The position numbers and the translations under genes are program-made. The notes below the pieces were generated by a model. It was not told the origin of the DNA, made no database searches, and saw nothing but the letters and a program-made list of their open reading frames with translations. A stretch of DNA of 63,569 nt, counting the filler, from Octopus bimaculoides (taxonomy: Eukaryota): assembly GCF_001194135.2 (NCBI RefSeq). It is 4 parts of 4 records of this genome, joined end to end, with 100 filler letters (N's around TTAATTAATTAA, not from the genome) between each part and the next. Parts side by side here need not be neighbours in the genome. Positions count along the whole stretch, not along the records: positions 20,972 to 40,201 come from NC_068988.1; 3 more parts are not named here. One strand, written 5' to 3'. Positions 26,689-39,585 of this stretch are shown piece after piece (position 1 is the stretch's first letter; each line of letters begins with the position of its first letter).

Positions 26689-27917
26689 ACATTGTGAATA
26701 AAAAGGAAAAGAAAAAGATAACAAAAGAGAGTAGACATGAGTGCTTATGAGTGTATACGTGCGTATGTGTTTGTACGTATGAATGTATGTCATTGTTCAG
26801 TTTTATTTCAAGATTTCTTGCCAATAGAGAAAGAACCGGTTTCTAACCTAGATCCAAGGTTCTTTCATATGTATGTATGTATATATGTATTATGTATATA
26901 TGTACGTATGTGTGTATGTATGTATGTATGTATGTATGCATGTGTGTATGTGTGTATATATGTATGCTTGTATGTATGTATGTCTGTATGTATGTATGTA
27001 TGTAGGTAGGTAGGTAGGTAGGTAGGTAGGTAGGTAGGTAGGTAGGTAGGTAGTAATGTATCTATATGTTATTGTTTCTATTTTCACAAGCTCGGATTTA
27101 TAAAATCTGTGGTTTATGTGATAATCTTCCAGTTCTTGACAATCTTATTATAGTTATTTAGAGGAAATTATTCTAATTCAATGACACTCTTCACTTCAGT
27201 GTGTGACAAATATATTATTCTCTTATCTTTAGAAATAGCTTTGTGAATTCAGAATTGTTTCATAATTTTCTTTATTTTCTTTTCTTTGAGTTTCAAATCA
27301 TTTGATTTTCCACTTATTTTATTGAAAGTGTAGCCAATTACTTGGATAGCTCGAGTGCTTGTTGCTAATTACTTTTCTTTTGGCATACACTTTACTTTCT
27401 AGCACTAATTTACTTCGCACATATACGTACATAGTATATTCTATAGAGTCTGATTTATCATTTCTAAAGAAACAAGATATTTTCACTTATCATATGCGTT
27501 AAATGTATCAAACGAAATTTTATATAAGTCATTGACTGATAAGAGATAGCCACGTATGATATAATACGATAAGAAAATACGAATAGGTGATTTTACACAA
27601 TTGAAAATATATATAATCAAAGATAATTATCACATGACAAGACATAGAAGAGATCACACGAAGCTGCAAAATACGCTATCTACCGGTGAAGACAATCCTA
27701 ATGGCTAAAGACGCTAATCAGAAATAGCCAGTATCTGAAAAAAAGGTGGTGGCAAACACAAATGTCTTTAAGATTAGAAAACGCAATCATACGATATAAC
27801 ATATATGAAAATTGAATTGTGAACGTATGTTTGTACATGTATTATATCCGCATACATATATATGTAAGTGTGTATGTATATTATATTATATTATATTACA
27901 TATATACGTATATATAT

Positions 27918-27960
<43 letters not shown>

Positions 27961-28115
27961 GAAGGTAAAAGTGTCCAGGATGTCTACGTACGATAAATTG
28001 TGAGCTGTTGGACCGTAAGTATGTAATGAAGAATTATTGATAAAATATTTCATTTATTATGTTAAGAGTTGAAAAGGAGTTCCAGACAGAGTAGAAGTGA
28101 TGCAAACTGGTAGAA

Positions 28116-28217
<102 letters not shown>

Positions 28218-28404
28218 GTATTACTTTTCAAATTTCGCATCTTTAGTAATTCAAAACAGCCCAGGTCAATTTATAAATCGTTCGTCAATTATATTAATGA
28301 AATATCAGGTAAAGTAAAATGTAAATCTAGTCTACATACCAAGTTGTTTGTATAGATAGGTGTTTAACTAAGTTTTTTGTTTTTTGTTAATTTTTAACAC
28401 TAAC

Positions 28405-29790
28405 AATGATCCTTGTCGATTTGTAATATCGTTGACTTCATTTTCCAACGTATCCTTCCTTTTATAAAATGGTTTGTTATGTTTGGAAGAGATCTGACTG
28501 CCATTTCCCGCGGATTTAAGAGGAACCGAGGAGTGGCTAGTACATTTGCGCTTGTCTTGCGTTGTTGCCATTGTTTGGTCTAGCCTTTGTTTTGTTGTTG
28601 TTATTTAGTCCCAAGAGTTTCTCAATCGTGTTGATCGTAGATATTTCGTCCATATCTTTCTCCTCCGTCAAGAATTATATAACATTATATTAGATAATAT
28701 ATCTTTATTGGGTATGATTTTTTGGTAAATTCAGCAGCGAATTTCAGCCCTTGGAACTATCATGTAGAGTATCATCGCTAGTTTGTTTATCTTCAATAAA
28801 TAGTCCTGATAGCTGTATAGCCGCAAGAGGAATTGAACTCACTTTCACTGGTTATCCAATTCATTGGTCTCTTTCACAATGCATCTCCGTTTGAGGAAGA
28901 AAGATAGAAGATAAGACTCTTTCAATGGCCACTGTGAATAGTGAGCGGAAGAGGCGAAGTTATTCTCGAACCGGAATCCTAGTCTGTATACTTGCTATAG
29001 ATCTGACTCTCTTAAAAAATCCAAAAGCAAAACCAGAGTTTTAAACCGAATGACTGATTTATTCTACTATTCACACAAGAACGAATTTTGCTGCAGTTTC
29101 CTTTTATTGAATTTCATTCTTAAAGTTTTGGTCGCCTCGTGCAATTAGTAGAAAACACACTCGACCAAGGCCGCGAGTGGGGAACGAAAACAAAACCACG
29201 TAGTTACAAAATGAACTTCTACACCACACACCAAAGACTGCACCTATGTACGATATGATACAGACATACTGTCTTTCCATTAGTTTATCCACTAAAGCAA
29301 TCTCTCCTTACCACTCGGTCACCCTCTCCCTCTACCTTTGGCAACTTCATTAAATACAAGGATACAAACAGAAGAAATTACTGGGGCTCAGTTTATCAAC
29401 ACAAACAGGTTGACAAAGTCGTTTTGACAAAACTCGACCGGAAACTCGGATTAGACTAACACAAATATAATACGCGACAAGGCAGTCGGCACACCGAAGA
29501 ATCCACTGCAGTAAATGAATCTCAGCGCCATCTGGACAACAAACAAGGCAGATAAACATGCGGTTATTGCAAGGGGAAACTGTGTGAGAACGTCATTTCA
29601 ATTAAATTGGCAAATTAATTATGCAAATCACAACAGTGTTATTAAATGCTGCTATAAAAAGCTTAGAGTTTGGTTAAACTATATACTTTGAATTAAAGGA
29701 ATTTGGAAGCTGGCCAAGAGTTTCGGGCAAATGCTATGAGAGAGTCTGACTTCACTGACTGACGTCTAAATGGTTTTCCTGATTAATGCG
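28405..29790 (-). promoter_or_regulatory. Unique, CpG-containing, TE-free intronic region with promoter/enhancer-like motifs
   Basis: TAATTATGCAAAT octamer (29616-29628); TGACGTC (29760-66); CAGCGCCATCT CTCF/YY1-like (about 29523-33); ATG in strong context at 28571. Confidence 0.35.
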
Positions 29791-29867
29791 TCGATTATAT
29801 CCGGAATCTACAGGAAAGAAGCCATTGTCTTCGAGCTATTGTAACAAGGAATATCATTAGACAAAGC

Positions 29868-29930
29868 CATCATCATCATCATTATAATCATCTCATCATG
29901 ATGATGATGATGATCATCATCATCATCATG

Positions 29931-29980
<50 letters not shown>

Positions 29981-30720
29981 GGTCATCATCATCATCATCT
30001 TCATCATTATCGTCGTCCTCTTCGTCGTAGTCTTCGTCGTCACCGATATCATTATCATCATCAGTTTCGCCATTGTCATCATCACCGTCATCATCATTAC
30101 TGTAATTTTTATCAGCATCCTCATCGACACTATCGCCTATACCATCGTCAGCACTACTACTACTACTACTACGACTATTTCTGTTCCAACCAATACACAT
30201 CACCCCACCGCTATCAATGTAACTAAATAATAAAGTACAAACATGAACAATACAACAAGCACCCATACACATCACCATTCGTCACTACTACCACCACCAC
30301 CATCGATAATACGGATAAACATACCACTACCACTACCAATACTGCCAATCCTAGTAAAAATTCCATCAACCACATCACCACCCCAACAGCAACAACAACA
30401 ATGGCAACAACAAACACAAAAATACAGCAACTAAAATAAGAAACGACTGACAGTAACACTATCAAAACTACCACTACAACAAATACTACCATCAAACTCT
30501 AGTACAGCCACCACTACCACCACATCAACTAACACCAAAACTACCCATCAAAAATACCACCACAGATAGAATTACCATCACCAATTCCACCAATACCAAT
30601 AGCACAGCAAAAATACCACCACCATCCCTACCACTATCATCACTCTCACCCACCACCCACCAACACCTAATACTATCATTGTTACCATCGCCATAACACC
30701 ACACCATGTTTCTAATCATT
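29868..30720. repeat. Long trinucleotide low-complexity tract ((CAT)n grading to CAC/TAC/AAC)
   Basis: Direct reading; source of the poly-D, poly-M and poly-I ORFs. Confidence 0.9.
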
Positions 30721-30760
30721 GCTATAGTAGGTTAAACTTCATTTAATTTAATTAAATCAC

Positions 30761-30942
30761 CGTCGCGCCATCTATCATCCACCATCTTGATTTTCTAATA
30801 ATCTCATCTGAACTCGTCACAGCTTTCAGCCTACTTTCTGGTATTATTTGAGATGTGAGGTCAGGAAAAACAATTATAGCCCTTTTAGGATCAGACTTCA
30901 TAGTGGATGCGAGGTAACGAAGGTCAATGATTACACAATGGA
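30761..30942 (-). CDS. Exon (182 nt, phase 1 to 0): (L)HCVIIDLRYLASTMKSDPKRAIIVF...RWWMIDGAT
   Basis: Strong acceptor tttgcttttag|; donor ACG|gtgatt. Sixty open codons (ORF track 30752..30952) with globular-protein composition. Confidence 0.75.
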
Positions 30943-31013
30943 CTAAAAGCAAATTGGTATAGAAACATTAAACTACATTTATCCAACGTGCTTGCATGTC
31001 TATATGTTATATG

Positions 31014-31052
<39 letters not shown>

Positions 31053-31315
31053 NNNNNNNNNNNNNNNNNNNNNNNNNNNNNNNNNNNNNNNNNNNNNNNN
31101 NNNNNNNNNNNNNNNNNNNNNNNNNNNNNNNNNNNNNNNNNNNNNNNNNNNNNNNNNNNNNNNNNNNNNNNNTAAAGAGAGAAAGCAAAATTGGCACAAA
31201 ACATCGTCAAAAGCTTCCAAACACTCACGCACATACATGTACACCCGCACATGCACACACACACACACACACACGCAAACGCACACACACACACACACAC
31301 AGACATATTGTCGCA

Positions 31316-31477
31316 AGCGTGACTGTGTGGTAAGAAGCTAGCTTCCCAACCACACGGTTCTGGGTTCAGTTCCATTGCGTGACATCATGGGCAAGTGTCT
31401 TCTACTATGGCCCAGGGACAACTGATGCCTTGAGAGTGGATTTGGTTGACAGAAACTGAAAGAAGCCCGTCGCATAC

Positions 31478-31544
<67 letters not shown>

Positions 31545-31780
31545 AGTGTATCTGTGTCGATGTGTATGCTTATGTATCTGTGATTGTCTCCCACCACTGC
31601 ATGACAACCGGTGTAGTTGTATTTACGTCCCCAACTTAGTATTTCGCCAAAAGAGACCGGTAGAATAAGTAGTAGGCTTTAAAAAAAAATAGTACTGGGG
31701 TCGATACATTCGACTAAAAACATTCTTCAAGGCTGTGCCCCAGCATGGCTACAGTCTAATGACAAACACGCAAAAGGTTA
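31316..31780 (+). mobile_element. SINE family A
   Basis: Full-length copy with (GT)n core. Confidence 0.8.
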
Positions 31781-31870
31781 AAGATGCATATGTGTATGTA
31801 TATATATATATGCATGTATGTGTATGCATATGTGTATGCATATGTGTATGTCTATATATATTTATTCATA

Positions 31871-32075
31871 AGGCGGTGAGCTGGTAGAAACGTTAGCACG
31901 CCGGGCGAAATGCTTAGCCATATTTCGTCTGTTTTTACGATCTGAATTCCACCAAGGTCGACTTTGCCTTTCATCCTTTCGGAGTCGATAAGTGAAGTTC
32001 CAATTGCGTACTGGGGTCGATCTAATCGATTGGCTCCCTCCCACAAAATTCCGAAACTTGTGCCTAGAGTAGAAA
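31871..32075 (+). mobile_element. SINE family C
   Basis: Full-length homologue. Confidence 0.8.
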
Positions 32076-32200
32076 AGTATATATATTTTTTCATGTATGT
32101 GAACGAATTCATACATATACACACAATATGGATACACACACATACAGACGGGGATAGTGTTTGATAGACAATTTTGATTTGTCCGAATGTATGACCTCAC

Positions 32201-32300
32201 GCCATGGAAACGTCGGATTAGTCCTCCACTTGACTGGCCTGTATAAACTATTAAACTCCTCGTTAATATTTAACTCACAATTCTTCAGATTTGTACTGAG
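32201..32300 (-). CDS. Exon (100 nt, phase 0 to 1): LSTNLKNCELNINEEFNSLYRPVKWRTNPTFPW
   Basis: cattttatag|CTC...TGGC|gtgagg. Open frame, phase-compatible with the 182-nt exon. Confidence 0.7.
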
Positions 32301-32723
32301 CTATAAAATGCTAGGACGACATATAAGTACACTATGGAAACCAAATCAAGAAATTTTACTTGGCCCTACAACAGAATGATATCCAATTTTCTCGAATTAC
32401 AAGCTATCTTAAAGCAAAAATGTATACGTTTGGAATGATGTCAGCTGTTAATATTGATGCTTATGAAAACTTGGTTTTGCTCTCTCATAATTACTTCGTA
32501 ATAATACAATGGTAGCAGCAGTGGCAGTAGTGTTAGTGGTGGTGATGCTGGCAGCGGCTTGGCGGTGATGGTGGTGTTTATGGCGTCTATGGTGGTGGTG
32601 GCGGCGGCTTGGCGGCGTTACTGAAATTGCTCTTATTAAGAATGATGAAGACACAAATGTGGGATACTTCTGAAATGTCTGTCCTGTCGATTAACGATAC
32701 ATATGTAGCTTCCAAGTGCTTAC

Positions 32724-32762
32724 TTTTATCTCAAATAATTGCTTACCAACATAACGTCGGAT
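32724..32762 (-). CDS. Candidate exon (39 nt, phase 0-0): IRRYVGKQLFEIK
   Basis: catatag|ATC...AAA|gtaagc (weak pyrimidine tract). LFEIKL resembles NXPE3 LVEFNL. Confidence 0.45.
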
Positions 32763-33094
32763 CTATATGATGTTATAGCGGCGATTTCTTTTATTGTTTT
32801 ACTTTAAATCAGCTCCCATTGAGTAGTATTGTGATAAAAGAATATTTCATCCTTGACTATTCCATGTTTTGCTTTTGAAACAACGTACTTAGAATATCAA
32901 ACAATGAGAATGTGTGTTCAACACCACATTAGTGCATAAAGATACTTCATCTGTGTTTTGAGGTTATCATTGGTTTCATGTTAGGGAATATCTCATAATT
33001 ATTCAAGTCTATCACATAGAAAATAAAATGAAACGAACACCCTTCTTTCTAAGTAATATTCTTGAATAATTGTTGAGACGGTCTTAATACACAA

Positions 33095-33159
<65 letters not shown>

Positions 33160-33161
<2 letters not shown>

Positions 33162-33527
33162 TTTAGGAGTTAGCTATAGGTTTACTTACTGATTTTATTT
33201 ACTGATACTGTTGGATACAGGGTAAATGTGTTTGTTGTAGTTTAATTAATAAAATTAATGTTAAATCCTTTCTAGAATTAAGTTTGGATGAATGTGGTGA
33301 TAAAGCTTTCATTTTTATATATATAACTATGGAAGACTGGTGAGAATATTATCTGTATGGACTTGAAGGATTTAGTTAGTTGATTTAGGAGTTAGTTACA
33401 GGTTTGCTTATTGAATTTATTTACTGATACTGCTGTACATAGGGTAAATGTATTTCTCTGTTGTAGTTTAATTAATCAAGTTAATGTTTAATCCTTACTA
33501 GAATTAAGGTTGAATGGATGTGGTGAT
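33160..33527 (+). repeat. Local duplication of an ~140-bp segment (33160-33301, 33382-33527)
   Basis: gatttaggagttag...gtggtgat seen twice, diverged. Confidence 0.8.
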
Positions 33528-33721
33528 TTCTTAGGTATGTTTGTTCCCAAATAACACTTATTTTAGTGCCGTTGACACCGCCGGATTGAATGGTACTGCC
33601 CAGGTGTTGAAACCATAATGATATCTGTAGGGCAGCTGATGATGGAGGTATGTTGGATTGTTGGTATGGCTGTTATTGTATGTGTGGAATAATATTATAA
33701 CACATCCATTTGTTATATATA

Positions 33722-34916
33722 TTGGATCATCCCATAAATAATGCAGGTATTTTCTTTTATTTTTCAAAATTAAGATAAAGTTCTCGTTCATTTTCTACAA
33801 TGCTCTTCGATCTATCTGGTGGACTTGTCCGTGACCAAAAATACTCCTCCAGTACTGTTCTGACCTCGTCTACAGAATTCATATTTTTCCGTCCAAGTCA
33901 TTTTGAATAAATAATAATCTGATGCAATGCCCGGTGAATATGGTTGGTGGGACATCGTTTCCCATTCAAACTGCTCCAACCTTTAGAATGACATCCTTGC
34001 TGTATGTGGCCGAGCACAATCCTGATGGAAGAACACCTTTTGTCTTCAAACCAAAGATGGTCGTTTTTCTTCTGGTGCCCCGCAAAGCTGCTCCCAGTAG
34101 ATCTTCGTTGCTATCGTTTCGTTTGGGTTTAAAAGTTCAAAATGAACTTAATCTTTCATATCCCAACAGATAACGCCTTATGTGGGTGAAGACCTTATTT
34201 AGCCTGGGGTGCTGGTGTTTCTCCTTTCCCAACCAACTGTCTTTGGCGCTTGACATTTTTATAGAGAACCCATTTCTCGTCACCAGTCACTATTCGGTCC
34301 AAAAAGAGATCATTCGTGAGACATGACAACAAAGAAAAGCACACATTCACTCTCTGCGCGCGATTAGACTCGGAAAGTTCGTGAGGAACCCATTGACCCA
34401 ATTTGCTGATATTTCCGATGGCACGCAAGCGTCGATGTATGGTTGAATGACCATTCATCGACACCACTCTAGCCTCTCTGCAAATTCCTAAACAGTTACG
34501 ATGGGATTTTGTTCCACCAGGGCTTGAAGGACGTCCTCGTCGAGCTCCACAGATCTTCCAGGATAATTCTCGTCTTCTAGGTTGTAGTTTCCGCTCGGAA
34601 TTTCTGGTACCTCCGTTGACGCTGGCTTACGCTTATTGTCCGATCCCCATATACTGCATTAATATTCCTCGCACTTTCCGTTGCGTTGTTGCGTTTATTG
34701 AACTCATAAAGCAGAATATGCCGAATATGCTCCTTTGTCACTTCCATTATAGTTTTGAAGAAATAACTGTTAAAATCGAACTGCTCTCTTCAAAACTGGT
34801 ACTAAGGTTAAATTACTACCTGCTTTTATAGCAAGTTGATGCAGGTGGTTTTTGCGTCCCCCTCCGACTTGAAGTTCAAGCAATTGAAAAACTGCATTAT
34901 TAATGGGATGACCCTA
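33722..34916 (-). mobile_element. Near full-length, inactivated mariner (Tc1/mariner) transposon
   Basis: TIRs ttggatcatcccataaataatgcag / ctgcattattaatgggatgaccct with flanking TA. ATG at 34747 (MEVTKEHIRHILLYEF). WVPHEL, RIVTGDEKW, HQD..RPH and PYSP-like motifs broken by frameshifts. Confidence 0.92.
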
Positions 34917-35219
34917 TATATATATATATATGCAGGGCATCAAATCAACTAAATCAGTCTCACCTGCCTGTGAGAACCTACAAAACTATGTAGCCGATTC
35001 TATGACTAGGTAATTAAAAGATTTCTGTTACTAGACTCCATTTCATACTTGAAGAGATCCGACGAGATTAAAATAGAGAATATATGCAAATGTCAAGGAC
35101 TCCATGATTGACTGAAAGAAATTAAACTTAATCAATTAAATGCATAAAAGTAATTTTCATATCTCTCGGCTACGAGAACAATATTAGTAATATAGATTCT
35201 GGCAAGACAATGCTCTCAC

Positions 35220-35246
35220 TTGGCGTAGAGTTAAACCACCAATGAA
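35220..35246 (-). CDS. Candidate microexon (27 nt, phase 0-0): FIGGLTLRQ
   Basis: cgctcag|TTC...CAA|gtgaga. Resembles the NXPE/SGNH block I motif LFGDSTIRQ. Confidence 0.55.
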
Positions 35247-36021
35247 CTGAGCGATTATTTCACAACGAAAGTTTCAAAACATGCTTTAAAAAAATCAATA
35301 AGTCAATTTTAAATTTCTAGTATAATTTGTAAACTACTTTTTAAAAAAGAAAAATTAGAAGGTGAAAACAATAAAAGTGATACACCGCTAAAAACAATAT
35401 GTGTCTTTGATGTTGTAATAATATGCGTCTTTGATGTTATAATAACCGATTATAAAAGATTATGAAACTTAATAAATGTATATTGTTTACTAGTCGCAAA
35501 TCTATATTACCTTACTCAATTTACATAGAAACTTGTCTAAAATATTATGTGCGATCAAATCATAGTTGGTTTCCGAAAAAAATAATCTAGCTATTCGCTT
35601 TTATTTTAATGGAGATGTATTTTACATCAAACCTTTCTGTGTAGAATTGGTATCTTTTTTTCACCTTTAACCGTATTTATTTATTTATTCTAATTTATTA
35701 TATATCAAGAATGTTTTGGAAAGTAGCTTTAAGCTAAGAACATTACTTTTTCGTTTCTCTCATTCAATCAATACCTCATTGTTTGTTTACAACTGTTTAT
35801 CTACCTTTTGCTTTTAAGTATTATGTCTTATTTCTTAATCAATTCTGTACAAAACTAAAATAGAATACATAAAAATCGTATCGGGAAGCCATTATTGTTA
35901 AACTACAACTTTGCAATGTAATTAATATATTTGACAGTTAGATAAAATACTTACCTGTCTATAAATCTATCGAACAAAGACAAATATATCATGATACATA
36001 AAACTTTAATAGTTTTCTCAC

Positions 36022-36056
36022 GTAACAAACATTGTAAAGGAAGTCTGCCACTTGGG
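36022..36056 (-). CDS. Candidate exon (35 nt, phase 1 to 0): (A)QVADFLYNVCY
   Basis: Strong acceptor ttttctcatttcag|; donor TAC|gtgaga. An alternative stronger donor CAG|gtaagt at 35954 would give a 102-nt exon instead. Confidence 0.5.
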
Positions 36057-36364
36057 CTGAAATGAGAAAAATATAAGCCACGTATTTTCCTTTTCACACC
36101 ACTACACCTGGTACATTTTGTTTGAGTTTTTTTTTTTGTTTTTTACTATCTCCAGGTAAAATGAATCTTATATTTTAAATCCCGGCATTATTAGAAAAAA
36201 AAGATGCTTGAGCATTGTTTATCTGTAAGAGTGTTTTGCCATCACTTGTTTGTGTGCAAACAGATGTTGTTTTGGATTTTCAGTAGGTTTTCACGGTGAA
36301 TGTTCCTGTTGTTCAATATAAACAATACATTTTATATACATGTTTATGTGTGTGAGGGTTTATA

Positions 36365-36710
36365 GGCGCATGCGTGGCTGTGTAGTAAGAAGCTTGCCTT
36401 GCTTCCCAACCACATGGTTCCGGGTTCATTCTTACTGCGTGGCATCATGGGCAAGTGTCTTCTAGTATAGCCTGGGCCGACCAGCGCCTTGTGAGTTGAT
36501 TTGGTAGACGAAACTGAAAGCGCATCATATATGTGTGTGCGCGTATTTATATGTGCCTGAGTCTGTGTTTGTTCTCCCCACCTGCTATCGCTTGACAACC
36601 GATGCTGGTGAGTTTAATTCCCAGTAACTAGCAGTTCGGAAAAAGGGTTTGATACATTAAGTACAAGGCTTACAAAAAATAAGTCCCAGGGTCGATTTGT
36701 CCGATTAAAA
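36365..36710 (+). mobile_element. SINE family A
   Basis: Head-to-near-tail homologue. Confidence 0.8.
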
Positions 36711-36729
36711 CCCCTTTGCAGAAGAACAC

Positions 36730-36960
36730 AAGAAAGATTTCTCAAGATTGGTATTTAGGCAGTATGTTACATACCCCAGTGCCCCAATAATTATAGATAT
36801 AAATCTGAACTTGTAATCTGGATAGACGAGCTGTAGATTCCTCAATAGTTGAGAGTAGGTATTTCATTTTTCGCTCATCTTTAGCTTTATGTTAACATCC
36901 GCTGGGCAGCTGATTTCAAACTGTACATAGTTTCTCTTCTCTATCCCAAATTACCATGTC
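36730..36960 (-). mobile_element. R4-type 3' fragment
   Basis: Clearly homologous by eye to 39310-39478; encodes the LQL.YPD.KF.FI..IIG motif. Confidence 0.65.
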
Positions 36961-37015
36961 AGGTCTATCATGTTTATATTTCATTGAGGCTGTATGTACG
37001 TGTGTGTATGTAGGC

Positions 37016-37110
<95 letters not shown>

Positions 37111-37149
37111 GTTTTCGTTGAATTTAATTTAAGTTCCTCGAGAGGGAGT

Positions 37150-37470
37150 TCAATCAAGCCTGTCGCTAATAAATCGACCAGACATTTTGAATTAAGAGAG
37201 ATCCTGGTGTTTGTAAATGGGTGGTAGAGATGGTGTGTTGGTTGAAATGTCGATGCACACACCTAAGTATGTGCATCTATTCACATAAGAATTTCTTTTG
37301 CTCTTTTTCTGTGAAACCGAGCATTCTTGTGTTCTTGTGCAAATTTGTTGGTACATTGCCTAATGCACCTATGATGACAGGTACAAATGAGAGTTCAATG
37401 TCAGGGTACAAGAGCTGTAAGTTCCGCATTGATTCGCCATAAATGTTCTCTTTGGGCTTTTGAGTGTACA
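37150..37470 (-). mobile_element. R4-type 3' fragment
   Basis: MRNLQLLYPDIELSFVPVIIGALGNVPTNLHKN (ORF 37277..37471). Confidence 0.75.
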
Positions 37471-37612
37471 TTCAAAGCTGATTGTATGTATGTATGCATG
37501 TAAGTATGTATGTATGTATGTATGTATGTACGTATGTATGTACAATAATCACACGCGCGCGCTCAAACATAATACATATATATGAAGTAGGGCTGATGTA
37601 GAAAGGGCATAC

Positions 37613-37655
37613 CATTAGTGAGGTCATGACTGGCGTCGAAATGACTTGGATAAAG
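37613..37655 (-). CDS. Candidate exon (43 nt, phase 0 to 1) of NXPE-like gene: LYPSHFDASHDLTN
   Basis: ttatctag|CTT...AATG|gtatgc. Its phase-1 end matches the next exon. LYPSHF...QVADFL aligns without gaps to recalled NXPE3 WRPRKF...NITECL. Confidence 0.45.
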
Positions 37656-37920
37656 CTAGATAATTGATTAATTGATTAATTGATCGAAAAATTAACCAAA
37701 CAATCGATTATGGAATTGTTTAAATGTTAACGAATTGATTAATAATAATGAAAGACGTAAAATAGAAACAGTGCGTATGTTTATTATGGATATAAGGTCC
37801 TCTCAAAGAGAACACATCTGTTTCAGCAAAAGAGCCCATATCAAGTATCTTACAAAGCAAAAAAATGTACGAGAAATATACATACCTATGTATGTACATA
37901 TATTCATACATATATGAATG

Positions 37921-37958
<38 letters not shown>

Positions 37959-38240
37959 NNNNNNNNNNNNNNNNNNNNNNNNNNNATATATATGCATACA
38001 TGCATACAAATTTGTTATTTTTCTTACATATAATTAAATTATCTTCATATGAAACGTTTTACCAAAGTTAATCTTTCCAACGGAGCCCACTCTGATGAGC
38101 CTCTCGTGTCCTTTAGTAATGTTATGAACATATTTAAGACACATATGTCTACAAGCTATAAAGCCCTTGAACTTTTGTATTCAATAATAATAGAAAATGA
38201 TGATCTCCCGGTTACTTACGATTAGAATAAATGATATTAC

Positions 38241-38293
38241 GGTGAAAGATGATAACCAGTTATTGTCGGGTACAAATCATTTCCTTTGAAGAG
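38241..38293 (-). CDS. Possible further upstream exon LFKGNDLYPTITGYHLS (phase not reconciled)
   Basis: Very strong acceptor tttttttttag|. PTITGYH resembles the NXPE PSGYY motif. The phase-2 donor gtaata does not join the 43-nt exon, and the stronger donor at 38219 includes stops. Confidence 0.25.
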
Positions 38294-39309
38294 CTAAAAA
38301 AAAACCGAACACATCCTCACGGTGAAAAAACAGAATAGTCGATCACTGATAAATTTCTTTCGCCATATATCTGGGCTTAGTAAGGACTTTGGATTTTGTG
38401 AATATTAAACGTTTTCACTCAGTTAATTATTGATTCGATTTCGACGCTTTATGATAGCATTTTATCGTACAACTTCAATCGATTTTAAATATTAATCTAA
38501 GGAAATTAGTGTATTTGATACATTTGTCAGTATTCTTCAACTTTCTACAAAAACTTTAAATAAAAAATAATTTGAAAATCTTCAAATTTTATTTAACGAT
38601 CTATACACAATTTTTAACTTTAATTTTTCTTCTAAGAAATAGATATACAAGGAAATAACAAAAAATGGGACTCAGAGCAAGATTGGAAGTTATGTATGTG
38701 TAATTGAAACTCAAATAGGCCTATGCTGAGTTGCAAAGTGTACTTTATATACATATATTGCTGGGGCAATTACAGCCTCTTAATACACTGTGAATATTAC
38801 CAACGACACAAATTTACAGGATCACACTTACAAACCTTAGAATAAGGATAGCTCGGCATGTAAATTTTGTGCATTCTTATGTGTGTGTGTGTGTGTGTAT
38901 ATATATATGGATGTATGCATGTATTACTCCATTCCTTACTCTTGTATTCTTATTCGCCTGTTCAGCAAAGATGGTCGCCTATCGTACTTCAATCCGAAAA
39001 CAATCCACAACTGTCTCTAAAAGTTTCTTTTTATATTTACTACGGATAGCCTGACGCTAACTTTTTTGGTTTTTAAGTATGTATGTATGTATCTATGTAT
39101 GTATGTATGTATGTATGTATCCATGTATCTATGTATGTATCTATGCATGTGTGCAGATGTGTACGTTTTGCTTTATGTATGTATACTCATATATATAGTT
39201 GCATAGCTAGACATGCTCATATATATTCAACTAATAAACTTTACGTAAGTTTTATTTTTACAGTTGCAGTCATAGATTGAATCTGTAGTCTTGGAATTAG
39301 CTTTCTCCT

Positions 39310-39478
39310 TTCTGGTTTGAGAAGCCTAATTTCTCAAGAGTGATATTTAGGCAGTGTGTCACATATCCCAGGGCCCCAAATAATTACAGGTATAAACATG
39401 AACTTGTGATCTGGATAGAGTAACTGCAAATTTCTCACTAGTTTAGCGTATGTATTCTCTTTTCACTGACCTTCAGTT
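39310..39478 (-). mobile_element. R4-type 3' fragment
   Basis: Reverse strand reads NLQLLYPDHKFMFIPVII. Confidence 0.65.
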
Positions 39479-39553
39479 ATGTATGTATGTATGTATGTAT
39501 GTATATATGTATGTATGTATATATGTATGTATGTATGTATGTATATATGTATG

Positions 39554-39585
<32 letters not shown>

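Noticed and set aside
27672-27734. Exon-like element with strong acceptor (tttttttcag)
   Set aside because: Stops in all three frames; at most non-coding.
29808-30495. Poly-Asp, poly-Met and hydrophobic ORFs
   Set aside because: These are translations of trinucleotide repeats with no splice or codon support.
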